From Kiritimatiellia bacterium (GTDB lineage: Bacteria > Verrucomicrobiota > Kiritimatiellia > PWTM01), in NCBI GenBank assembly GCA_026417735.1, contig JAOACR010000009.1:139641-203640 (forward strand): a DNA stretch of 64,000 nt, read 5' to 3'. The translations under genes and the position numbers were made by a program. The first letter of the stretch is position 1, and every line of letters begins with the position of its first letter. Under the pieces are notes generated by a model. The model was not told the DNA's origin, searched no databases, and saw nothing but the letters and a program-made list of their open reading frames with translations. Of this stretch, positions 35,176 to 42,906 are shown piece after piece.

Positions 35176-36273
35176 TTATGGGGGGAAGGAGGCGAGCTGG
35201 GCCGCCGGTCGGCGTGTTGCCAGGTGCACGAACTCGACGAGATCGCGGATTCGGGCGGGATCGGTTTCCTTTGGCACGCCATGGCCGAGGTTGAAGATGT
35301 GCCCCGGGCGGTTGCCTGCGCGCCGGAGAACCTCGCGGGCGGCGGCAAACATCGCACGGCGCGGGCCCAACAGCTGCCGTGGGTCCAGATTCCCCTGCAC
35401 TGCGAACCCGCCGCCGAGCTGCTGCCAGGCTTCGTCCAGGGGAATGTCCTCGCCCACCGAAATCACCTCCGCGCCGGCGCTCCGCATCGCGGAAAGCAGA
35501 TGAGATGAGCGGCCGGCGAAGAGAATGGCCGGCACCGTCGTTGGCCGGCAGGCGGCGCGCAGTGCGCGGGCAGCCGCGGGCAGCGCCCAGCGGCGGTACG
35601 CGCCGGGATCCAAGACAGCGGCCCAGGTGTCGAACAGTTGCACCGCCGAAGCGCCGGCGCGGATCTGCGCCGCGAGCAACCCTCCGGCGAGCTCTGCGAG
35701 CACACGGAGCCATCGCGCCCACGTGCGGGGATGCTCAGCGGCAAAGCGGAGCGCGGGCCCCGCGCCACGTGAACCACCGCCACCCAGCGCATACACCGCC
35801 AGCGTAAACGGTGCGCCCGCAAAACCGATCAGCGGCACCCTCCCCTTCAGCACACGGCGTAAGTTGCGCAGCGCCCCAAGGGTCGGCTCGATCGCGGCCA
35901 GCCCCTCGTCGAGCCGATCGGCGGCGCGCCGCACATCGGCCGGTTCGCAGATCGGCCGCTCGAATACCGGCCCACGCCCCTCAACAAACCGCAGACCCAG
36001 GCCGAGGCCGTCGAGCGGCAGCAGGATGTCTGAAAACACGATCGCGGCGTCCACGCCGAACGCCTCCAACGGCTGCAGCGTGATCGCGGCGGCCTGGTCG
36101 GGGTCCCGCAGCAGTTCGAGCATTGAGTGGCGGGCCCGCAGCCGGCGATACTCCGGCATGTACCGGCCAGCCTGGCGCATGAACCACACCGGTGTGCAAT
36201 CGGTCGGTTGACGCCGACACGCCGCCAGAAACCGCGGTTCCCGAACGGCCGCCGTCCGCAGGGTCGCCGTCAT
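35176..36273 (-). CDS. hemE: uroporphyrinogen decarboxylase
   Basis: The ATG at 36273 overlaps the hemL stop (ATGA). TPVWFMRQAGRYMPEYRRLR signature. Confidence 0.92.
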   Translation of the reverse strand: MTATLRTAAVREPRFLAACRRQPTDCTPVWFMRQAGRYMPEYRRLRARHSMLELLRDPDQAAAITLQPLEAFGVDAAIVFSDILLPLDGLGLGLRFVEGRGPVFERPICEPADVRRAADRLDEGLAAIEPTLGALRNLRRVLKGRVPLIGFAGAPFTLAVYALGGGGSRGAGPALRFAAEHPRTWARWLRVLAELAGGLLAAQIRAGASAVQLFDTWAAVLDPGAYRRWALPAAARALRAACRPTTVPAILFAGRSSHLLSAMRSAGAEVISVGEDIPLDEAWQQLGGGFAVQGNLDPRQLLGPRRAMFAAAREVLRRAGNRPGHIFNLGHGVPKETDPARIRDLVEFVHLATRRPAAQLASFPP

Positions 36274-37586
36274 CGCTTGGGCGCACGCTCGCCGCGCGGC
36301 TCGTCCACCGCGAGCATTTCCAGCGCCCGGCGCCATACCGGCAACGTGGATTCGAGCACCTCGTCGGTGTGCGCGGTGGAGAGAAACGCGACCTCAAACG
36401 CAGAAGGCGGAAGATACACCCCGCCGGCCAACAACGTGTGAAACAGCGGGCGGAACCGTTCTGCCTGTTCGGCGGGGATCTCTTCGAAACATCGCGGCGC
36501 GCGCTCACCAAAGAACATCGAAAAGAGGCTGCCGCGGACGACGAACTCGACGGCGGCACCTGCCGCGGCAGCCAGATCCCGCAGCTCCGCCACATAGGCG
36601 GCGGTGCGCCGTGCAAGGTCAGGCCATGGGCGCTCGGCCTTCAGACACCGCAGCGTCGCCAGCCCCGCCGCCACCGAGATCGGATTGCCGCTCAGCGTAC
36701 CGGCCTGATAGACAGGTCCGTCCGGTGCCAGCAGGTCCATCAGCGCCGCGCGGCCGCCCACCGCGCCGACGGGTAGTCCTCCGCCGATGATTTTCCCGAG
36801 GCAGATGAGGTCGGGCCGGATGGCGCCCGGCTCGAGCGTCTGCACGCTGCCCCAGCCGAACCGAAAACCCGTGATCACCTCGTCCCAGATCAAAAGCGCG
36901 CCCACCGCCGCGGCGCGGTCCGCGACTGCGCGAAGAAAGCCCGGCTCCGGCGGAATCAGACCGGCGTTCGCTGGTATCGGCTCCAGAACGATCGCGGCGA
37001 GTTCCCGGCCGTGCTCCGTGAGCACGCGGTCCACATCCTCGATGTGATTGAACCGCGCGATCAGCGTCTGCTGGGCCCAGGCGCGCGGGACGCCGGCGGA
37101 GGAGGCCTCTGCGAGTCCCGCGACGCCGCTGCCCGCGCGTACGAGCAGCCCGTCCGCATGGCCGTGGTAGGCACCGCTGAACTTCAGAATCCGGTCGCGG
37201 CCGGTCGCACCGCGCGCGATCCGCAACGCGGTCATGCACGCCTCGGTGCCGGAGTTGACAAGGCGAACGCGATCCACCGAGGGAATCGCCGAGACGATCT
37301 CCTCCGCCAGCTCCACTTCCGCCTCCGTGGTCACCGCGAAGCTGGTGCCGCGCGCGGCGGCCTCGGCAACCGCGGCAACAACCTCGGGCCGTGCGTGGCC
37401 GAGGATCAGTGGGCCGAACGACATGCAGAAATCCACCAGCCGGCGCCCGTCCACCGTGTGCAGATGCGCTCCCTCTGCACGGCGTGCGAAAATCGGCGTA
37501 CCGCCCACTGCGCGGAAGGCACGAACGGGGCTGTTCACGCCACCCGGCAGCACGGCCCGGGCGCGCTCGGCGAGCGGGGCGGTCAC
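36270..37586 (-). CDS. hemL: glutamate-1-semialdehyde 2,1-aminomutase
   Basis: The GTG at 37586 overlaps the hemB stop (GTGA). LPGGVNSPVRAFRAVGG, SGTEACMTALRIARG and ITGFR motifs. The rest of the 760-aa track ORF is read-through across hemB. Confidence 0.9.
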   Translation of the reverse strand: MTAPLAERARAVLPGGVNSPVRAFRAVGGTPIFARRAEGAHLHTVDGRRLVDFCMSFGPLILGHARPEVVAAVAEAAARGTSFAVTTEAEVELAEEIVSAIPSVDRVRLVNSGTEACMTALRIARGATGRDRILKFSGAYHGHADGLLVRAGSGVAGLAEASSAGVPRAWAQQTLIARFNHIEDVDRVLTEHGRELAAIVLEPIPANAGLIPPEPGFLRAVADRAAAVGALLIWDEVITGFRFGWGSVQTLEPGAIRPDLICLGKIIGGGLPVGAVGGRAALMDLLAPDGPVYQAGTLSGNPISVAAGLATLRCLKAERPWPDLARRTAAYVAELRDLAAAAGAAVEFVVRGSLFSMFFGERAPRCFEEIPAEQAERFRPLFHTLLAGGVYLPPSAFEVAFLSTAHTDEVLESTLPVWRRALEMLAVDEPRGERAPKR

Positions 37587-38641
37587 GGCTGCCTCCGGCG
37601 ACGCGCGGCGAGACGGCGCAGGCGTGTCGGCCGACGGCCCGGGGTGCCCTCTGTCCCCCGGGGAGGAGAGGAGCTCATCCACTCGATCAACGCCGGTGCC
37701 AGATAGCTGACCACCGCAGCGGCGCCGGCGCGGTGAAAGGCGGTGATCGTTTCCAGCGTCGCCGCGCGCAGGTCCATCGCGCCCGCCGCAGCCGCGTGCC
37801 AGAGCATCGCGAACTCTCCAGAGACCTGGTAGGCGAGCACCGGCACCGGCACGCTCTCGCGCACCTCCCGCACCAAGTCTAGACACGGCAGACCCGGTTT
37901 CACGATCAGCGCGTCGGCGCCCTCCTCCACGTCGCGCCGGGCCGCCCGCAACGCCAGACGCCGTGCGGCGGGCGGCAGCTGGTAGGCGCGCCGGTCGCCA
38001 AATGCGGGCGCCGAACGCGCGGCTTCGCGAAACGGCCCATAGAACACCGAGGCGAACTTCACCGCATAGCTCAGGATCGCGCAGGATGGCCGACCGGCCT
38101 CCCGCAGCGCGGCGCGGATCGCGGCGACCCGGTTGTCCATCATGTCCGAGGGCGCCACCACATGCGCGCCGGCAGCGGCGTAGGCGGCAGCGATGCGCGC
38201 GAGCCGGGCGATCGTCGCGTCGTTGTCCACGGTGCCGTCGGGGCGCAGCAACCCGCAATGGCCGTGGTCGGTCCATGCGCAGAGGCACACGTCGGCGATG
38301 AGCAGCAGTTCCGGATAGGCGGCCCGCAGGCTCGCCAACGCGCGCACCACCGGCGAGCGGTCCGAATCGGCGCGGGATCCGGTCGCGTCCTTGCCGTCCC
38401 GCGGGACGCCAAACAGCAGCACCGCCCGCAGGCCCGCGGCAACCGGCTTGTCCAACGCCTCGTGCAGCCGCCCGACGCCCCACCGAAACTGGCCGGGCAT
38501 CGCCTCGATGGGTTCCCGCGCGCCCGGCTTGTCGGTCACAAACAGCGGCCACACGAGCCGGTTCGGAGCCGGGCCACCATCCGCCTGCCAGACGCGCAGA
38601 ATCTCATGCGAATAGCCCGGATGCAGTTCCACTCGGCTCAT
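37583..38641 (-). CDS. hemB: porphobilinogen synthase (delta-aminolevulinate dehydratase), Cys-rich Zn-type site
   Basis: The ATG at 38641 overlaps the hemCD stop (ATGA). LVWPLFV, DVCLCAWTDHGHCG (Zn-type Cys triad) and DALIVKPGLPCLD motifs. Confidence 0.9.
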   Translation of the reverse strand: MSRVELHPGYSHEILRVWQADGGPAPNRLVWPLFVTDKPGAREPIEAMPGQFRWGVGRLHEALDKPVAAGLRAVLLFGVPRDGKDATGSRADSDRSPVVRALASLRAAYPELLLIADVCLCAWTDHGHCGLLRPDGTVDNDATIARLARIAAAYAAAGAHVVAPSDMMDNRVAAIRAALREAGRPSCAILSYAVKFASVFYGPFREAARSAPAFGDRRAYQLPPAARRLALRAARRDVEEGADALIVKPGLPCLDLVREVRESVPVPVLAYQVSGEFAMLWHAAAAGAMDLRAATLETITAFHRAGAAAVVSYLAPALIEWMSSSPPRGTEGTPGRRPTRLRRLAARRRRQP

Positions 38642-40005
38642 TCGATCATTTCTCCGTCCAGCCCGGCCTCGCGCAGCGCCCGCAGTGTCGTTGGCCCGAT
38701 CGCGAGCCGCCGGCGGCCCACCAGCCGCTCGCCGGGATAATACCGCACCCACGCCGCCACCGTGCTCGGACTCGTGAAGACGACGCCCGCGAACGGTCGC
38801 GACGGCAGCGGGCCGGGATAGTGGTCCCGCGTGTAATAGAACACCGCTGCGCGCAGCTCGATGCCACGCCCGGACATGGCTCGGCGGCGTTCGTCAATCG
38901 GAGAACGGTCGGAAGCCGGATAAAAGCAGCAACGCGCGGCCCCCTCAGGAATTTCTCGCAGCAGCGAGCCGACACCGCCAAAGTCGTGTGCGGTCGCATC
39001 CGGGGGGAACCCCAGCCGCTCCGCAGCGTCACCCGCGGCCGGTCCCACCGCATAGATGCGGGGGCGGCGAGTCTGGCGAACAGCGCCGGCCCAGTGCGTC
39101 CAGGCGTGCACGAACGCGCGCGCCGCAAAGGCGGACGCAAACACGAGCGCGTCGCAGCCGGCCCAGTGCCGCTCCAGCTCCGCAAGACGCTCTTCCAATG
39201 GCCGTGGCTCGAGCTGGATCATGGGCCAAGGGACCAGGGGTCCCAACCGGCTGAAGTGGTCCGGATGGGTACCGGTAAAGAGCAGGGCGTCGGCCGGCCA
39301 GTCCGCGGGGGCCGAGGGCAGCTCGGTCGGTGCATCGAAGAGATCGCGGCGGAAATCGAGCGGTCGGATCGCGGCAATGAGATCGGTCTCCTCCGAGCGG
39401 GCGACCACCGCCAGGTGTCCCTGCAGCGGCGCTGCATCGCCCGGCAGGTAACCGTGGATCCGGCCGGCCAGCCCCAGCCGGATCAGCGCGCAGGCGGCGA
39501 CCACGATTGCGTCGTAATCGCCGCGGTCCAGCGCGGCGAGTCGCTGCTCAATGTTGCCCCGAATCGGTCGTGTCTGCGCCGCCGGCAACAGAGCGCGGAC
39601 CGCCGCATCGCGCCGCGGCGTGCTGGAGCCGACCACCCGCACGCCGTGCGGCCACGCGACTCCATCGCGAAGCACCAGCGCGTCGCGGGGGTCGAGCCCC
39701 GGCAGCAACGCGGCGACGGTCAGTCCCTCTGGCGGCCGCCGCGGGAGGTCTTTCGCGGAGTGAACCGCCAGATCGGCGCCGTGTTCGAGGAGCAATTGGT
39801 CGAGGTCGCGCGTAAAAAAATCGTCCGGCAGCGACGGGTCGGACAACGGCGTCGTGCGGTCACGATCGCCCGGCGTCTCGGCGAACACCAGCTCAAACTC
39901 GGTGCCGGCCGGCAGGACGCGGCGCAGTGCGGCCACCGCTTCGTCCACCTGTGCGCGCGAAAGCGGGCTCGGTCGCGCGGCGATCCTCAGCGCGCGGCGG
40001 CCCAT
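38638..40005 (-). CDS. hemCD: fusion protein: hydroxymethylbilane synthase domains 1-2 + uroporphyrinogen-III synthase
   Basis: ATG at 40005. HemC-like LRIAARPSPLS..., PGDRD, DLAVHSAKDLP, GSSTPRR, IRGNIEQRLAALDRGDYDAIVVAACALIRLGL (~217 aa). HemD-like ALLFTGTHPD...PMIQLEP, DALVFASAFAARAF, VVFTSPSTVAAW. Confidence 0.8.
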   Translation of the reverse strand: MGRRALRIAARPSPLSRAQVDEAVAALRRVLPAGTEFELVFAETPGDRDRTTPLSDPSLPDDFFTRDLDQLLLEHGADLAVHSAKDLPRRPPEGLTVAALLPGLDPRDALVLRDGVAWPHGVRVVGSSTPRRDAAVRALLPAAQTRPIRGNIEQRLAALDRGDYDAIVVAACALIRLGLAGRIHGYLPGDAAPLQGHLAVVARSEETDLIAAIRPLDFRRDLFDAPTELPSAPADWPADALLFTGTHPDHFSRLGPLVPWPMIQLEPRPLEERLAELERHWAGCDALVFASAFAARAFVHAWTHWAGAVRQTRRPRIYAVGPAAGDAAERLGFPPDATAHDFGGVGSLLREIPEGAARCCFYPASDRSPIDERRRAMSGRGIELRAAVFYYTRDHYPGPLPSRPFAGVVFTSPSTVAAWVRYYPGERLVGRRRLAIGPTTLRALREAGLDGEMIE

Positions 40006-40949
40006 TCGCGCGCCCCCATCGCAATGACCCGAGCGGCAATCTCCGCGCGGCGCCGTCGCTCCTCCAGATTGGTCTGCGCCATCGCTTCGATCTCGCGCAA
40101 GGGCACCACCCTCACCTCTTCCAACCCGGCAACATCCGCGGCGCAGTCCGGCGGCGCACCCAGATCTACAATCAGCAGGGGCCGGCCGGCGCCGGCGAGA
40201 TGCCGGGCATACAGGACGGGGTGGGGCGCGGCGGTCGCGCAGACGATTCCACGCACGCCGTCTAGGAGCGAACTCAACGAGTCCAGTCCGCCCGCAAAGC
40301 CACCGCACTGCGCGGCGACCCGCAACGCGTTCTCCGGGCAGCGCCCCGCAACGCGGATCGCGACCGCCCCCTGCCGCGCCAGCCGCCGGGCAACCGAGGT
40401 CGCCAGCGACCCCGATCCGATCACGCCGATCGGTTCCGACACCGACACTTCGTCCAGCAGCCGGCGGACCGCGAGCGTCGCCAGCGAAGTCATGGACTCA
40501 TCAATCCGGCTCTCGCGCCGCGCGCGGCGGGCCAGAGCCAGCGCATCCTGGAAGATTCGATCAAGCTCCGTGGCATCCGCGCCGCCCTGTTCACGAAACC
40601 GGCGGTAGGCCTCTCGTACCTGCCCGAGGATTTCCAGCTCGCCGAGAAGGCGGCTTTCCAGGCCGGCCGCGATGCGGGCGAGCCGTTCGAACGCCTCCAC
40701 CCCCGCCCAACGGCGTCCGGGCACCGCCAGCTCCGCAGGTTCAGTGGCGCCATACCACTCGAGGCGCTGGCATGTGTTCAGCACCAGCGCCCTGCCCGCA
40801 AGCCGTTCCTCCAGCTCCGCCGCAATTACTGCACGCCGGCACGGCTCCGTAATGTCCACCGACCCGGCCTGCAGCACACAGCGGCGAGGCTCCCCGGCGG
40901 CTCGAATCGCCTTGCCGCCGTGAACGAGACCTGCCCGACTCGAAATCAC
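39987..40949 (-). CDS. hemA: glutamyl-tRNA reductase (short form, ~320 aa)
   Basis: LNTCQRLEWYG (catalytic Cys, TCNR-like). ESRLLGELEILGQVREAY. NADPH-binding GVIGSGSLATSVARRL. GTG start at 40949 with GAGGAG just upstream. The 3' end overlaps hemCD by 19 nt. Confidence 0.8.
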   Translation of the reverse strand: MISSRAGLVHGGKAIRAAGEPRRCVLQAGSVDITEPCRRAVIAAELEERLAGRALVLNTCQRLEWYGATEPAELAVPGRRWAGVEAFERLARIAAGLESRLLGELEILGQVREAYRRFREQGGADATELDRIFQDALALARRARRESRIDESMTSLATLAVRRLLDEVSVSEPIGVIGSGSLATSVARRLARQGAVAIRVAGRCPENALRVAAQCGGFAGGLDSLSSLLDGVRGIVCATAAPHPVLYARHLAGAGRPLLIVDLGAPPDCAADVAGLEEVRVVPLREIEAMAQTNLEERRRRAEIAARVIAMGAREWAAAR

Positions 40950-41449
40950 AACTCCTCAGCGTATGCGCGGGCCTCGAGGCTGACAAGCACCGGTCGCAAC
41001 ACCTCGCTGCCCCGCCTATTCCTTGGTCCTGTCAGTCCCGCAGCCCACGCCGCCCGCCCCGAGCCACAGTCCGACTCTGAAGGCGTAGCTTTCGACTACG
41101 CGACGAGGGTTCGCGAATTCTGTCGGGCGCACTGTCCTGCTGTCCAACCCTTGGGCCTTTGGGGCGCCCCTCTCTCCCATTCTTGGACGGAGCCAACCCG
41201 TTGGGATCCCAGCTCAGCACGTGCGGCCACCCCCCTTCGCACACGGCCAAAACCCTCGGCCTGCGCACCGGCTCGCCAGGGCTCACCCTTTGCACCTGCT
41301 CCGCAGTCGCACGCGTTGCGATCCCGCACGTCCACGGGCACGACAACCAGCAGTCTAGCCGCCGGAGGGCTTGGAGTGAGCGCCGCGGCGCATCCCGCAC
41401 ACGGCGCGCTAGCCGGCGCCACCTCACCCACTCCCGCAGCGCGCTCTCG

Positions 41450-41467
41450 TTCGGCCCCGGGGCCGAA
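41450..41467 (-). terminator. GC-rich hairpin downstream of the redoxin gene (possible terminator)
   Basis: TTCGGCC-CCGG-GGCCGAA perfect hairpin 13 nt after the stop at 41480. There is no clear U-tail. Confidence 0.35.
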
Positions 41468-41479
41468 GAAGGAGACGGC

Positions 41480-42082
41480 TCAGTACTTCACGCTGCAACC
41501 GTACGGCTTTGTCTGCGGCACCGAAACAGCCTTGCCGGCTTTCGCCTCCGCAATCGCCTGTTTGACGTAGTTGGTCGCCCCCGCTATGTCAGAGGGATCA
41601 GCGGAGGCCTTGCTGTCAATCGCGCCGGCGTAGATCACGTTGCCGTCCGGCCCGATCACGAACATGTGCGGTGTGGTTTTCGCACCGTACGCCCGGCCGA
41701 GCTCGCCGCTCTCGTCGATCACCCGGGCGGTCGCAGCACTTTTCTCTTCCGCGGCGCGCCGGTCCCATTCCGCGGCGGTCATGTGGCCCTGTTTGCCAGG
41801 CGCCGCGGAGTTGACGCTGATCCACACGACGCCTTCCGCCGTGAGCTCCCGCTGCAGTGCTTGCATCGCACCGCCGCTGTACCACTTCTTCACAAACGGG
41901 CACTGGGGATTGGTCCACTCGAGCACAACGTACTTGCCCTTGAAGTCCGCCAGCGAGTGGGTCTTGCCGGACGTGTCCTTCACTGTGAAGTCCGGTGCTT
42001 TCTGTCCGGGCACCGCCTCTGCGGCCGCCCCGAGCGCAAACGTAACGGTGAGTGCGATCACACCACGACTGACTGCCTTCAT
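41480..42082 (-). CDS. secreted redoxin / AhpC-TSA (thioredoxin-fold) family protein
   Basis: Signal MKAVSRGVIALTVTFALGAAAEA. FKGKYVVLEWTNPQCPFVKKWY (thioredoxin-fold active-site region). Confidence 0.8.
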   Translation of the reverse strand: MKAVSRGVIALTVTFALGAAAEAVPGQKAPDFTVKDTSGKTHSLADFKGKYVVLEWTNPQCPFVKKWYSGGAMQALQRELTAEGVVWISVNSAAPGKQGHMTAAEWDRRAAEEKSAATARVIDESGELGRAYGAKTTPHMFVIGPDGNVIYAGAIDSKASADPSDIAGATNYVKQAIAEAKAGKAVSVPQTKPYGCSVKY

Positions 42083-42095
42083 GTTGCGGTCCTCC

Positions 42096-42902
42096 TTACT
42101 TGTCCTTCACGGTATCCCGGCCGCCGCGGATTTCAAGCTCCAGCCCCCCACCTTCCTCCAGCAACAGCACCGCGGCCCAAACTGGGGGCACCGAAAAACC
42201 GGCCGCACGGGGCAGGTCTGCGAACCATTCACCGATTCCGCCGCGCACCCACCGCGGAGTTGCCGCAGCCGGCAGGAACGCCCCTTCGTAGGGGAGTACC
42301 AGAGCCGGCGTGCCGGCCCGCAAGCCGCGCAGATGCACCCGAATCTGGTCGCCGGTCGTCTCGAAGACTGCAGCGACATCTGGCCATCGGCGGGGTAAAC
42401 GCTCGCGAGCCTCCCGCAGCTCGGCCGCCCCGGCGGGCGCCTCTATCGCCGACGGCCCCGCGGGAATCTCTTGTTCTGCCTCTGCGGAGCCGGGGATGCA
42501 GACATCGCGGCACTGCAACCAGTGGACGCGCACCCGTAACCGAGCCACCCGCCCCGAGGGCCAGTCCGAGGGAGGCTGAATCCGTACCGGTATCCTCACC
42601 GTGCCTTCGTATCCGAACGATGCGAGCCCACCGTCCGTAAACCGTTTCGGCACCGGCCATTCGGGGGCCCCCGCCTGAAAGCCGGTGGGCAGCTCCCAGA
42701 CCAGCTCGGTTGCAAGACCCGAGTCGCCGGGGTTGCGCCAGTAGATATGCCAGCCTTCCGGAACCTCGAGGCGAACGGCCACATCGAACGGCCGCCCCGG
42801 CGCGAACCGCGAAACCGCCAGCACCAGGCTGACCCGGACGGTCGGTGCGGTCTCTTCCGCCGCCCCCACAGTCGCGGCCAGCGCCAGCGCCGCGAGCACC
42901 AT
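42096..42902 (-). CDS. DsbD N-terminal-domain-like (DsbC_N/ScsB-like) periplasmic protein
   Basis: WHIYWRNPGDSGLATELVWELPTGFQAGAPEWPVPKRF resembles the DsbD alpha-domain family. The ATG at 42902 gives the signal MVLAALALAATVGAAEE. The track start 42932 would overlap priA. Confidence 0.7.
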   Translation of the reverse strand: MVLAALALAATVGAAEETAPTVRVSLVLAVSRFAPGRPFDVAVRLEVPEGWHIYWRNPGDSGLATELVWELPTGFQAGAPEWPVPKRFTDGGLASFGYEGTVRIPVRIQPPSDWPSGRVARLRVRVHWLQCRDVCIPGSAEAEQEIPAGPSAIEAPAGAAELREARERLPRRWPDVAAVFETTGDQIRVHLRGLRAGTPALVLPYEGAFLPAAATPRWVRGGIGEWFADLPRAAGFSVPPVWAAVLLLEEGGGLELEIRGGRDTVKDK

Positions 42903-42906
42903 GCCG

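Noticed and set aside
36270-38552. 760-aa ORF suggesting one very large protein.
   Set aside because: Only the C-terminal 438 codons (from the GTG at 37586) are hemL. The upstream part is an out-of-frame read across hemB, which has its own clear frame (37583..38641).
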